DNA of 64,000 nucleotides, from contig OX597826.1 of NCBI GenBank assembly GCA_951406725.2, positions 60,512,001-60,576,000 of the forward strand, read 5' to 3'. The translations under genes were made by a program, and so were the position numbers. Shown here piece by piece: positions 26,935-43,096 of the stretch. Origin of the DNA: Octopus vulgaris. Its lineage: Eukaryota. Each line of letters starts with the position of its first letter. The first letter of the stretch is position 1. The notes under the pieces were generated by a model. That model was not told the DNA's origin. It ran no database searches and was given only the letters and a program-made list of their open reading frames with translations.

Positions 26935-27460
26935 CGCATGTGAATGTGTTTGTTTGTGGGTATGTGTATGTATTTGTATGTATTACAAAAATACTAGAAT
27001 TCTAGAGCCATAGCCGCCTACCAGCAATAAAATGCTTTGTGGTATTATCCTTATTTTACTTTTAGCGAGGAACATAACTTGATATTCGACGTTTGTTTAC
27101 CTTCTACAACGTAGGCGTTACTAACATAAAGATGTGCCTACATGTGTACGTCCATGAGCTTTTACAGGTGTATAATTTTGTGGGTTTTTTAACATGTATG
27201 CAAATAATTATTCTATGTAATTAGCGAACGGCTTATATTTATACATGTCCCCAGTGGCACATGTACACAAAAAGATCAAACCACATTTATGGTCGTATGT
27301 GTGCGCATATATGTATGTATATATATATATATGTATATAAAATATGAATTAGAGATAAAACCACTATTATGCAACTCTCAAACAGTGATAGACATATACC
27401 AATACATAAAAAAGTTTGTTTACTTTCCACAATGTAGGCGTAAGTTTCGAGCTATACTCC

Positions 27461-27532
<72 letters not shown>

Positions 27533-27575
27533 TATATATACTTATATATACATATACATATATATATATATACTT

Positions 27576-27617
<42 letters not shown>

Positions 27618-27962
27618 ACACATTATATCAATATAAATATATGAATATTCAGCCATATGCATGTGTGTGTGTGTGCGTTGGTGTTCGTCGTTAAACTCTG
27701 TTTTTCTATGAATCCAAGCGTATCTATAATGCACCACTTAATAGAGGCTGACAAACTCCCAAACAGCACAAATAGAAACGAAATGCGGAATATGTATTGA
27801 GTATCAAAACAGAAGCGAATTGGAAACTGTAGAATCTTGTTCAATTTTCTTCTATTATTTCTGAACATTCCATCAGCATCTTTGATATAATGAATGATTT
27901 CTTTAAAACATATCCATACAAGGAACCTTCCTTAATGAAAATACATGAACGTAGCACGTATT

Positions 27963-28008
<46 letters not shown>

Positions 28009-28069
28009 TATACTTATATAGATGTATGTATGTGTGTATAAATATATGATATAGATAATTGTATGTATT

Positions 28070-28138
<69 letters not shown>

Positions 28139-28977
28139 ATGAGTATGTATGCTTTATCATACACCCACACATATAGAATATACTATAGATTTTCTCACTA
28201 CAGAGGATTCACGGTATAATATACAATATATCCATGTATCGGTTTCGACCAGTGAGTCTCAAAAGACTAGTATTATTCGAATGATTTCTTTACAGTAGTG
28301 AAGTTTTGTAAGACCGATCGCCCGTTTTTGAAATGGTGATAGCATACAGTTATTACAAATGTTTGCCAAATACTCAAGGAATATCATACCACTGGCTTTT
28401 CTATTAGCGTTGTGCATGGTGATGTATATGGGACTCTAAACTCAACAGTAGCAGCCGTACCTTTATTTGTACACTCAGAGTGAAACCGATAGTTAAGACT
28501 GACCGTAAAGAATATCTAATATTATACACTTTGTTTAGTATATGAGTCAAGAAGTAATATGTATCAACCACATGTCATAAGCTCATAAGTTGTGTTTCCC
28601 AGGATTCCGTATCGTGTATATATATTATTCACCTTCCCTCCACTTTTCACTTCACTGTATCCCTGTCAATTTTCTAGCCCCTCCTTAATAATTCTGTCCC
28701 TCTGATTCTACTTCTCTCTCTTCTCTTCCCATGTGACTGCCGTTCGGCGACCATTGTCCGTGCAACATCGATATTCTTCCCTGTGTTTGTGAAACTTTTG
28801 TATCTCTGCCGTAAGGCTTCATTTCCACACACGCCAGCTTAATTCAATTCGTCCTTAGTCGAAAGACACCTGTTGTTATGCCCTGTTATTATTTTTATTG
28901 TATTTATATTTGTGTAACATCTCCCGTCCTTGTTTTTGTATACATTCGCTGCTTTCTCCCACAAAATACACCCCCCC

Positions 28978-29040
<63 letters not shown>

Positions 29041-29430
29041 ACAGAGAGCTTTACTACTTACATCTTTTATATAGCAATTTTTTATCTCATTTACTTGCAG
29101 CAAAATCAATGACTTTTGTCATTCGTTTTTTCTATATATTGCGACCAGGAGCGAACTATTGCTTTGTCTAGTGGTCAGGTGTCCACTACTGAAGATGTGC
29201 AGAAATAGCCCGAAACAGAACATACTGCTCGTTAGCTGTTAGAGGTTCGTTCCTGTACCAGCAATTTATATCAGCAGAAGATTGCATCGACAACCAGCTA
29301 GAGGAGGCGTCCTACTGGGGCTCAAAAAATTGTAGTAACGTTGGTTCATATGGAACAGCCATGCTGAAGTGGCGACAAACATTATCTCTCATTATAGCTA
29401 GTACTTTCATCACTTACAGAGATTTTTTAA

Positions 29431-29483
<53 letters not shown>

Positions 29484-29547
29484 TATATATATACAGATAT
29501 ATATTTTATTTTTATTTTATTTTATTTTATCTAGTTTCAGCTCACGA

Positions 29548-29751
29548 GGGAAGTTTACGTAAAAAAGCAAAAGACGAAGACAGGTGGTGTACGAAACAAA
29601 CTGATGTATAAGTATAACTCTCAGGAATAGAAGAAGTCTTTTACGTTTCGAGCCTACGCTCTTCTGCAGAAAGGTATACAGAACAAACAAGAAAACAAGA
29701 AGAGAAACAAAGAGAGAAAAAAATGTGTGTAGTGGCTAACGATCTATCATA
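29548..29751 (-). mobile_element. Family D (copy 2)
   Basis: Minus strand CTTTCTGCAGAAGAGCGTAGGCTCGAAACGTAAAAGAC at 29636-29673. Confidence 0.8.
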
Positions 29752-29768
29752 TGGCAAATGAAAGGCGG

Positions 29769-29814
29769 AATTTGGAATATATGAGAATTAATAAATTCTC
29801 ATATATTCCAAATT
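29769..29814. repeat. Perfect 21-bp inverted repeat with 4-nt loop
   Basis: AATTTGGAATATATGAGAATT-aata-AATTCTCATATATTCCAAATT. Confidence 0.9.
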
Positions 29815-30364
29815 GTTTCGATACATCCAGCATCTGGTGGTGCAGATATAACTCATCGAGTGATAAATAGATACAACTTTTTTAAAATAACAATTCCGTA
29901 ATGAAACTTTTCGTTTTGTAGAAAGAAAAGCAACCAGAGAGAGGAAATATTTTCATTTACATAGATCAAAAATAAAATCACAGATGGGGAAAAAAGAGAA
30001 AGGAACATTCAGTACAGCAAGAAATGTATTAAAAATAACTGTTAGTAAATGTGGATATATAAACGCCCTCCAGCAAGCTGCATGATACGAATATACTCGT
30101 TCATTGAAGCATCGGCGAAAATGTGAGCATTCGCACACATTTAGTGTACTCATGATCACAAAGCGAATTAGTTATTTACATGGTGTTTTGTAAGAATGGA
30201 GAGGTTAAAAGTAAACTTAAGTCATCCATAACTTAAAGTAAATTATGTTAACAGTAACTGAAAATTCATTCCCACTGCTTTCATGAATCTCTGTATGAGT
30301 AAAAATCTTGCATATATCAGGTCATGAGAACATTTAAATATCATAAATATTCGTATATGAGCTT

Positions 30365-30469
<105 letters not shown>

Positions 30470-30498
30470 TACATATATATATATTTATACATATAAAT

Positions 30499-30556
<58 letters not shown>

Positions 30557-30558
30557 GC

Positions 30559-30589
<31 letters not shown>

Positions 30590-30844
30590 GAGAGAGAGAG
30601 AGAGAGAGATGGAACGATGGGGACTTATATATGTTTTAATAAGTGTGTACATATCTTCTTTCGAGATAAAATAGTGACAATACGCCTGCGTACAATGATT
30701 AATTTCGTTTCTCACAAAATATATATTATCAGATGCGTAGATATACATATCATATATGCGATTGTGTCTTAACGTTTCTTTGTGTGTACATATGTGTGCG
30801 TGTATGTCTGTGGGCGGGTGTATCTATTTATCTATATACTATGT

Positions 30845-30922
<78 letters not shown>

Positions 30923-31420
30923 ATCTGTATATTTGTGTGTATAAATATTTGCATGTATGCATGTATACAAGCATAGTCATATGCGTAAGCGTATATATTA
31001 GAAAATATTGAAGCAAGGATAACGGTCATTGCAAACGACGCCATTATTATTTCGTTGGTCTTCACAAGTCTGTCTAGAGATATTTTGATATTCTTATTTT
31101 CATCATTGTTTGTATTACGTATGTTGATATTGTTATTCTTGTTGCTGTTGTTATCCATGTCGTATTAACGTTATTGGAGTCTTTACTTTGTGGTAGCTCT
31201 TTCTCACATTTCTCTATTTCTGTCTTACTCTGTATATTTATATATGTATTTGTCTACATTCACACACACGCGCATATGCATAAATATATACATATAAATA
31301 TATGTATATATATATACATATAAATATGTGTATATAAATACATATAAATATATGTATATAAATACATATAAAGATATGTATATATATATACATATGTATA
31401 TTTTTATGTATGCATTTATA

Positions 31421-31824
31421 GCCGCTGGAGTGGCTGTGTGGTAAGTAGCTTGCCTACCAACCACATGGTTGCCGGTTCAGTCACACTGCGTGTACCTTGG
31501 GCAAGTGTCTTCTACTAAAGCCTCGGGCCGACCAAAGCCTTGTGTGTGGATTTAGTTTATGGAAACTGAAGGAAGCCCATCGTCTATATGTATATATATA
31601 TATATGTGTGTGTGTGTTTGTGTCTGTGTTTGTCACCCTAACATCACTTGACAACCGATGATGGTGTGTTTACGTCCCCGTAACCTAACGGTTCAGCAAA
31701 AGAGACCGATAGAATAAGTACTAGGCTTACAAAGAATAAGTCCTTTGGTCGATTTGCTCGACTAAAGACGGTGCACCAGCATGGCTGCAATCACATGACT
31801 GAAACAAGTAGGAGAGTAAAAGAG
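31421..31824 (+). mobile_element. SINE family A, full length
   Basis: Head, internal TA/TG array and tail are all present. Confidence 0.88.
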
Positions 31825-31841
31825 TATACGTAAATGAGTAT

Positions 31842-32020
31842 CATGATTGATCGTTAGCCACTACACACATTTCTCTCCTTGTTTTCTGTGTCCCTTTCTG
31901 TAGAAGAGCGTAGGCTCGAAACGTAAAAGACTTTTCCTATTCCTGAGCGTTATACTAATACATCTGTTTGTTTTGTACACCACCCGTCTTCGTCTTTTGT
32001 TTTTTCCGTAAACTCTCCCT
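31842..32020 (+). mobile_element. Family D (copy 3, best-preserved hammerhead-like motif at 31894-31929)
   Basis: CTTT-CTGTAGA-A-GAGC-GTAG-GCTC-GAA-ACGT-A-AAAG. Confidence 0.8.
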
Positions 32021-32055
32021 ATATATATGTGTGTGTGTAAACATAAAAATATGCA

Positions 32056-32096
<41 letters not shown>

Positions 32097-32147
32097 CGCG
32101 ATAATATTGCTTCAGCTGTCTTTTAATTATGGATGTTGGGAGGATTA

Positions 32148-32214
<67 letters not shown>

Positions 32215-32227
32215 GGTGGTGGTAGTG

Positions 32228-32269
<42 letters not shown>

Positions 32270-32378
32270 TTAGTAGTAGTAGTAGCAGCAGCAACAGCAG
32301 CAGTAGTAGTAGCAGCAGCAAAATCAGAAGCAATAACAGTAATTGTAGTAGATTATTGTTACTGACTTCGCTTTTGCT

Positions 32379-32417
<39 letters not shown>

Positions 32418-32627
32418 GCTACTGCTGCTGCTGCTGCATGTGATGAGATTATTGAACGTCGAATGTTTGTGATCATTTAAAATCCCAGAAACATCGCAAA
32501 CAAACAAACAAACCGAAAATAAAAACGTAAATATACAAAACAACAATAACAAGCTGTGCACGCAGTGTCGAGAGTAACTTCCGAAGCAGCCATTTTGTAA
32601 TGTTTACCTTTAGCCTTGTTGAAAATA

Positions 32628-33470
<843 letters not shown>

Positions 33471-33794
33471 TTCAAATTTTGCTACTATTGCTACCACTAT
33501 TACTATTAGTAGCTTTATTAATAATATCAGTCTTCTTGATATCATTGTCAATATTTTCTTCTATACTTGCTTTTGCTCCTATTATATTCTTTAATGTTCT
33601 GCTTTGCTTTTGTTGTTGTTGTTGTTTCGTTTTTTGGAGGGTATCATTAGTGGTACTGCTTTAGTTTTCTTCACTCTGTAATCCTGAGACAAAAACTACC
33701 TTTTTTAGAGCATGTCACGCTATTCCCGCTTAACGCTGACAGCCAGACTGACAGACTAGCGGAAAAGCAGTACAGACACAAGTACAAACACTAC

Positions 33795-33826
<32 letters not shown>

Positions 33827-34728
33827 TCCACACAGATATTTACAGAGATACTCACAGGCATTTATACTTTCCATATGAGCAAACATACTCGTGTATAGAA
33901 ACGCACAGAACAGAAAACATCCGAAAAGTGAACAAAACGTAACAACACCCACAGAATCCTACATGTATACACATTTATTATAAACACATGTAAGATACTC
34001 AGCGAAAGACACAAATACACAATCATGAAATTGTGTACAGATCAAGCGACTTGATAAATAGACACATAAAGAAAGCCATTGAAGAAATGGGATGGAGAAG
34101 AATACCTATAGTAAATATAGTAGCGAAAGAGCCCCAGTCAATGGTTGTGTGGTTAAGAAGCTGGCTATGCAAATGTTTTGGTTTCGAGTTTCAATACCAT
34201 AGTACGGCAACTGAGGGTAAACTGCTTTTTTTTTTATATAATTTAACTCAGGGTTGATCATTGTATTGTGTAAGAAATTCGTCGTCAGCAATTATGTGCT
34301 GCCTGTGTGAAGTTTTAATCTTTGACTTGCTTCAGGTATTGCACTGCGGCCATGCTGGAGCACTACCTTGAAACATTTAGCTCGACAAATAAACTCTGCT
34401 ACCTATTTTAAAGTCTGCTAGTTAAATATTATATACGCACGTCGCTTTTGCCGAACCCCCAAATTTTGTGACCGAAGGCAGAACATCACTCTTTGTTAAA
34501 CGGTGAGGTAGGACGAACACGTGCACAGTCTCTCTCTCTCTCTCACACACACTCTCTCTTTCCCTCTGTTTCTCCTCCGTCTATCACTCACACACACACG
34601 CACATATATGCATGTACATATAAAAATGCATATATATATATGTGCGTATATACATATATATATATATACATATACATGTGTGTGTAGGTATATACATATA
34701 TATACACACACACACATCTATTTACATG

Positions 34729-34771
<43 letters not shown>

Positions 34772-35784
34772 GCCTACACACACACACATGTATACATACA
34801 TATTTACGATTTAGTCTCACGGCGGGATAGCACTTATACTTACATACCTGTTTTGTGACTATACGTGTTTGCATAAGTGTATGTGTGTTTGTATAAGTGT
34901 GTGTGTGCGAGAGTGTGTGTTTGTGTGTGTCTGCGTCTGTGTATTTGTTTGTGATTGTTATCGCGTGGAAGAGGTAGCATATATTTGCGAAAACGTGTAC
35001 ATAAGCATATATTTGCGTACATGTGTACGTAAGCATTCAGTCTATATAAAGTGTTAATATGATGCCCTATTACCTGTGTTTCCTAGGTTAACCATAATTA
35101 TTATCGGCACACAATTTATTAATCTCCTTTCATACTATTAGGAACATTTTATTATTTTATGAAAGTTTTATATCTTCACCAATATTAAAGTTTTTATTGC
35201 TGCAGTTTAGCACAGAATATTAATCTGGATATCTCATGAGAATAAGAGCTTAATAAACTGCAATCTATGCACCGCTGTTTCACATCTTACTGTGTATAGA
35301 ATTCGGATCGTAGAGATTCTTAAAGAGCGTTGGATCAGTGTTCAGACTACATAATCGATGGAATAACTGGTTGTTTGAATCATAATATGTCTCTACTATA
35401 TTTAGACCCGTAACGTTTGCTTTCAATTTCTACAAGGGCCGACTGCGTATTTCACCCTTCATTTATAATTGATAATATATGTATCGGTTTTAAGCGCTGT
35501 GTTTCTGTCAGTTACAGAAATAGCCTCCAAAATTTACACTCGTGTATATAAGATACAAATAATATGATTTTACCAAAAGATTAAGAAGAACTTAAGAGCG
35601 GTACCATGTTCAAAGTTACGGGGACAATTAAAAACTGCAGTTCTGTTATCTTTAAAGAGAATTTAAAATTGGGGGCTGTTCAAAGGCGGTTCTCCAAGAA
35701 TGACTGCATATCTGCGGATACTATGAAACAAACAACCCATAATACTAAATGAAAGTCATGCATTTTTGTGCATATTGCATGGCA

Positions 35785-35852
<68 letters not shown>

Positions 35853-35874
35853 CCGTTGATTTTCATTTCATTTC

Positions 35875-36200
35875 GAATGGATTGCTGGGGCCAATCATTG
35901 TATAAATGTCTGTAGATCATTAGGGTATTCTTTACCAAAATTCTTTCTGCAGATACTTCCTCTATTGGGAACTGTCTTGCACTCCATCAGCATATTAGTT
36001 TTATTCTTATCCCATTCAATCCTTCGGCTATCCAGTTCGTGTCTTTGTCTTGTACTATTGGGAAGTTAAGAATTTCTGTGGATATCTGTCACCTTTCCCG
36101 AGTACTCATCGTTTCGTTTCCAGTGTCTGCCTTACCTCTCTGTTCTCAATCATTTTTCACTTGTTTTATTTCTTTGAACTGACCCAGCTATGCAACATAT
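35875..36200 (-). pseudogene. Possible very degraded RLE-LINE RT N-terminal fragment
   Basis: Only scattered motif remnants (DTNWI, FWxR...L.RHL..P). Confidence 0.3.
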
Positions 36201-36588
36201 ATTGGGCCCCGAATATCACAAGAAGAATTAGAGAGTTGGCTCCTGATTCGACATCTTTCGGAATCAAGATGATTACCTGCATAGTGTTACATATACGACA
36301 AGTGGTATTCATTGAAGCCACGGTCTTGGAGAACAGTTACTCTTGATACTGAATCTCCTTTCGTTGATGCTCTTCCTGCATCCATTCGTTTCACGGATCT
36401 GGAACAGACCCGTGGTCTTCGGTCGAAATAAGTGCTGCAACCGTAAACCTTTTTTTTTCTGTCACGCGGCACTCAACCCCTTCTCCATCTTGCACTACAA
36501 ATGTGAAAATGAGATAAAGTTCACGATGACTTTCAGTCTTGTATTTTTCCATTTTATCATCTATTGCCAGGTAAGAGTCATGATTACC

Positions 36589-36646
<58 letters not shown>

Positions 36647-36671
36647 CAACAACAACAACAACAACAACATC

Positions 36672-36875
36672 AATCCTTTCTACTATAGGCAGAAGGCCTG
36701 AAATTGGTGGAGATGGGGTTGATCGATTATATGTATATCCCACGTCAATTACCAGTTTATAAATGGTATTTAATTTATCGATCTCGAAAATATGAATGGC
36801 AAAGTTGACGTCGTCGGAATTTGAACTCACAACATAAAGACGGACGGCATGCCGCTAAGCAATTTTTTTGCGGCA
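36672..36875 (-). mobile_element. SINE B (B2 tail) in (TAA)n
   Basis: CCTTTCTACTATAGGCAGAAGGCCTGAAATT...GGCAAAGTTGAC..CGGAATTTGAACTC. A second degenerate copy follows at ~37045-37230. Confidence 0.75.
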
Positions 36876-36893
36876 TATTAATCGCAGATTAAT

Positions 36894-36945
<52 letters not shown>

Positions 36946-36957
36946 TTAATAATAACC

Positions 36958-37047
<90 letters not shown>

Positions 37048-37309
37048 GCTTCAAATGTTAACACGAATAGCAGTTTTTGATAGGAGGAGGGAATCGATTA
37101 CATCGCTCTCAGTATTTGACTGGTTACTACTTTATTGGCCCCGAGTTGATGAAAGACAATGTCGACCTGAATTTGAACCGAGAATGTAAAGACGGGCGAA
37201 ATGCCACCGAGCTTTTCGTCCGGCGTACTAACACTTCTGCCAACCCACCATCTTTTCACGATTTCTTCGAAACAAAGGCTTAACAATGGGCCAGGGGCTG
37301 TGATAAGAG

Positions 37310-37815
37310 TCGTACGGTTTTATGAGATTTCCACATAAACAACAACAAACTATTGAAGTAAGATGACCAGCTATGATTATAGAAGATTAAAACATGAAAC
37401 AAATATGTAAGATCATAGACATTGTAAACCTTAGTAAATACAACGACCTGGAAATTGAAATACAAAACATGCGGCATCTTAAAGTAAATACTGTTCCTGT
37501 TATTGTTGGTACATTAGGTATGATACAAAAATTAACGTCAGAAACATCTAGACAACATTGTAGGGGAACTATACCTCAAAGAAGTGCAAAAAGGTTCTGC
37601 TGACAAGTACTGCCTACATCCTTAGAAAAACCCTATCAATTCAAATGTCTGAGTTGCATTACATGTAGATATTTTGTTACTATCTCTGCCAAGTCACCCC
37701 ACTATCCCAAGCTTTTAGTGATTCTGTAACATCTCTTATCCTTCACTTAGCCTGCTTCGCTGGGTGTGTCTTGACAAGTGTTTGCAACAAACATGTAGAT
37801 TTAAAGTAAATAACA
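37310..37815 (+). pseudogene. R4/Dong-like RLE-LINE 3-prime end
   Basis: L*DFHI...CKIIDIV..LSKYNDLEIEIQNMRHLKVNTVPVIVGTLGMI...LKEVQK/LTSTAYILRKTLS matches the RLE C-terminus (KYxxL..E...PVIVGALG). Confidence 0.8.
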
Positions 37816-38889
37816 ACAAACAACAGCAAAATATCCGCCAAATGTAAATAGTGTAAATAATGTATATAATTCCTCATCTCTTAAATATAGAACTGAACAA
37901 CAATATAATAATAAAACATAACAATTATGATGATGATGATGATGATGATGATGATAGTGGTGGTGGTGGTTTTTGGTGGTGATGGAATCACCCATCGAAG
38001 ACGACCTGTGGACGTTCATCTTTTACTGGACGACCTGCACAAATGATCGGTTTATAGTGATCAAATGCCCGTACCGCACATCAGCTCAATTTCACCATCA
38101 AATCGACATAGTCTGAATGGGTGCACTGTGTACCACGCGTCAGATGTCGAAGCGATCAGGAGACCAAAGTGAGACGAAATTTTTGCTCAAGAACAGAACG
38201 AACAAGTCTAGGAATTGTGCAACACACTAACTACTAAGCTACGCACCCTCACAATAATAATTTCCTATATTAGCCACAGGGTTTATACGAAGAAGATATC
38301 ACAAGGTCATTCAACAATTTGTGTGGGGGATAACACTAAAAACGAGAGGAAAGAAATGGAAAAAGAAGGAGTAATCGATAAAAGAATACATAGTAAATGC
38401 TTCAAACTTTGGCACAAGGTAATTGGTGAAAGTAATCGATACAATCTACTAAACTACTTGATTGGTATTTTTATTTTATCCATCCCCAAACAGATGAAAG
38501 GCAAAGTTGGCCTTGACGGGATTGCAGCGAAGAGCGTAATGTTACATAGGAAACACCGCAGGATATTTTGTACGGCGATGGTGACGTTGACATCGATGAC
38601 GGCGACAACGACAAAGACGACGCTGATGATGATAAAGAGGATCAGGATTATGAAGTTGGTTACAGCAGCGATGTTGACGATGATGACAATGATGATGAGG
38701 AGGAGGAGGAGGAGGAGGAGAAGGAGAAGGAGAAGGAGGAGGAGGGATATTAGGAGGAGGACGACGATGATCATGATGGCGTGGAAAAGAATGATGATGT
38801 GGATGGTGATGATGATGATAATGATGACAACGACGATGATGACGATGATGACGCTGGTTACAAGTTAGTATAAGACGTAAATTAGCAGT

Positions 38890-38929
<40 letters not shown>

Positions 38930-39003
38930 CACATAGATGGGTAGATAGATAGATAGATAGAAAGACAGATAGATAGATAGATAAATAGATAGATAGATCG
39001 ATC

Positions 39004-39079
<76 letters not shown>

Positions 39080-39472
39080 TAGATATATACATATAGATAT
39101 ATACATATAGATATATACATATATACATTATAGGTATAAGAATCCCCCCGCAGCGATATTATCGTATATATTAACTAGAGCTTTATACAATAATAAAATT
39201 TCTTTAGACAAGTGTAACATAATATTAAATAGCACTTGGGGGGCAATAGAAGAGAGAAATATAAGTAAGAGTATGGCAAAGCTTTCCTAACGCTTAATAG
39301 TCTATAATTATTGATTCTGTATGGCAAAATGTCTCAATCTATTCGAATAATTCTACATTGAATGATACCATTGGACATGGAGACAGAATTGAGGGAATCA
39401 TAGCTAATTTATTAGGATAAATTGTGTATTATACGATATAATTTTCTTTGTGTAATAGAACGCTTGTATGTA

Positions 39473-39523
<51 letters not shown>

Positions 39524-39550
39524 GAACGTATGTATATATATATGAATGTG

Positions 39551-39608
<58 letters not shown>

Positions 39609-39674
39609 TGTATGTAAGTATACACAAACTTAGGTATGAATATGTATATGTATTCGCATATATATATATATACG

Positions 39675-39756
<82 letters not shown>

Positions 39757-40769
39757 CATTTATATATATATTAATGTATGTATGTAAGTATGTATGTATA
39801 TATGCATGTATGTATGTGTATGTGTGTGTATCAGAAATGCTAAGTAGAACTGGATTACTGGTAAGTTTCGACAGTTGACAGAAGTCGCTTTGTGTCATCA
39901 TTCACAGATCTAGATCTGACATCTTCTAGTGATTCTTATACATGCGTAAGACGAACACCACTATAGAATTTTATATTTTGCTGTTACCTTTTCATGTAAT
40001 GAGGACCGTTGATATTATATCCCTAGCATCCTCCTTAGAGAATTGCAATAGGAAAAGTTGTGAATGTGCAAGGAGGTTAACAGAAATATGCATGTGGACG
40101 GCATAAGGTAACGGTGTCTGGTAACTGGAATTGATAGGAGGCCGCTGTGTCATAAGCAGTTTAATTAACAACCTCTCTGGTGAGTCATCTGGAGAAATGT
40201 CATAAACGGTTTCTGAAATATCATAAAAGGTTTCTGATTTCTTAGACATTTGCCGTTGACTCTTAGGACGCTCACATTCACATGACGGTCAGAAATGAAA
40301 GAATAAGTGGACACATTTCCTCAGGTTTATCGTTTGAGAGTATATTTTTATAAACTCAAACTACGAAATTCAATAGTCGTATTTTATAAAGTGCATTATT
40401 TGCATAATACTCAGGAATTATTACGAAGTGACTCCGATTTTTCTTTTACAACTTTATTGTTGTTTGGGAAATATTTTCACGTTTGTGCCGTTTACAAAAT
40501 GGCTGACGTATTCGGGGTCCTTCAAAGAAACAAGTTCTGCCACAGTTTCTCATCTGCTGGGTTTACTGTATCCGTGTTTCGTTCAGGAAAAGGGACTATA
40601 TTTTGGCACTTCATTATGTATGAAATTGTGGACAATATCCTCAGTTTAGGGTTATGAATTGATGAGGGAATGATCACACACACACACACAATACATTGCA
40701 TGCGCATGCAAATGTATTTATCAACACCTATTTATATATATGTGTGTGCATGTGTACACACAGACACAG

Positions 40770-40837
<68 letters not shown>

Positions 40838-40939
40838 TATCTTCCCGCCTATCCATTTGACTATGAATATATATGAACGAATGTTTGTGCGTGAATGAAT
40901 ATTACATTTGCACACACACACACACATATATATATGTAC

Positions 40940-41020
<81 letters not shown>

Positions 41021-42321
41021 TGTATGTATGTTTATTCCCTCATCTAACAAGTTGATCAATAAATTGATCTCCGTTCACATGTCTCTGTCCTGTCTTGTTA
41101 TAATTTAGCCTACAGCACCAGAGAAATTACGTTGTTACATTTCTAGCTAACGATATGATTATGTCCAAACCAAATTAGTTGATTGGCTGGATTCTTCAGG
41201 TCATTCCATTACCTCAACTTGGATGCTTCTTTATCACTGTGTTATTGATTTTCTTTTTCTTCCATTTATCGAAAACCTAATATTCCTTCATACGAGATAT
41301 AATAAACCGTGGAGAGTATATAATGTTTCGAGATTATGATATGGTCCGAATCCCTAGTTGAAAGTCATTTTAATGTATATGTGTTGGTAATCTTGGTAAT
41401 GCTGTGTATGGTTGACCCTTATGATGACCAGTTTCTATTTCCATATTAGACGAGTCCTATGGATTCTGTCTACAGGATACAAACATACAAAAATAATTAT
41501 TTTTATTTATATTAACGGTGGTGAAAACTTTTTGTTAGAGTCCAAGATGCAGTGATATGATGTTGAACTATTGATGGAAGTCTGTAATTTGACTCTGTCC
41601 CACTGCTAACATTCTGACCACAACTAATATCTTGGTTACTATCAAAGTTGTCTTGGCCATAAATATCTCCATCAATGTATCACGATTGCTTTATGAGCCT
41701 CATCGACCATCTGATCAACTATCGACAACTTTATCATGAGGAAAATTCTAAACTCTATAACGACTTCACAACTATAAGAGTTATAACAATCATCTAAGAC
41801 TTAGGTACTCTCTTCACTAATACGTGATTCTGAGATTGATCCCACTGCATTGCACTGTACTGAGGACCATTACCTGTGAATGTAATTTTTTAAAGGGAAC
41901 ACGTGTTTTTGCTGATGCCCTTTGGAGAGATCGTTTCATATTTTGGACGGTACATGTACACCGTAGCTTGTTTTAGTTCTGCCTCTATGGCACAGGATTA
42001 GTTTGATGCCAACCACCCTGTTACTAGTTTCGCCATCAATCTCAAAAGGATTCGAAAATGGTTTCAGGTGCTTCCATTTCTACACTGACTAGCTCATTAT
42101 AAGTTCCCAAGATTATTTAAATCTCAACCAGAATCGCTGTGTTGATAACTAATTACAACAAGCAAACTGCAATCAAACTGGTGAGAAACAATCCATATGA
42201 TTCTCTATATGTGTTGAACATAGTCAAATCTCTCTAAAATCATGATTAAATCGTCACTATTAGATGTGACACATTTGACAATGTACGCAGCAGTAGACTA
42301 TTTTCGAAAAATAAATAAGAA

Positions 42322-42771
42322 GGAGGCGTGGTTCTGTGGTAAAAAGCTTGTTTACCAACCACATGGTTCCGGGTTCAGTCCCACTGCGTGGCACTATGAG
42401 CAAGCGTCTTTTACTACAGCCTCGGTCCACCCAAACCCTTTGATGGAATTTGGTTGACGGAAAGTGAAAGAAGTCTATCGTATAAAAAAATTATATATAT
42501 ATATATATATATATTTATCCTTCGAAACGTAGAGTAGATGAAACCTTAGCGACTGAAGAAGGGGTTTTTTCGTTGTGTTAAATGTCCTGTACTCCATTTT
42601 TTGTTGTTTTTAAAAAAATGTCCAGTTCCTTTGGTTTGTGTCTATGTTTTCGTTTCTCTTTGTGTTCGACGTCCCTTTGGTGTCCTGTACTCATATATGC
42701 GTGTATATGTACATGTAGAGGTAGGTACGTACATATACGTTTATATATATGCATATGTTTTATTTCATTTA

Positions 42772-42812
<41 letters not shown>

Positions 42813-42999
42813 CCCGCCTATCTATTTATTCAAAAAAACTGAATTATTATTGACATTTATTAGATACTTTGTATATTTTTAAATAAATATATAAATGTAT
42901 GATAAATAAGACCCCAAGGTACGATATGCAGATGCATGTAATGCTGAAGGGTTGTACCTGATTGATTTGGGAATTCGATTTCCCAAATTGTTTAAATTA

Positions 43000-43034
<35 letters not shown>

Positions 43035-43040
43035 GTGTGT

Positions 43041-43096
<56 letters not shown>

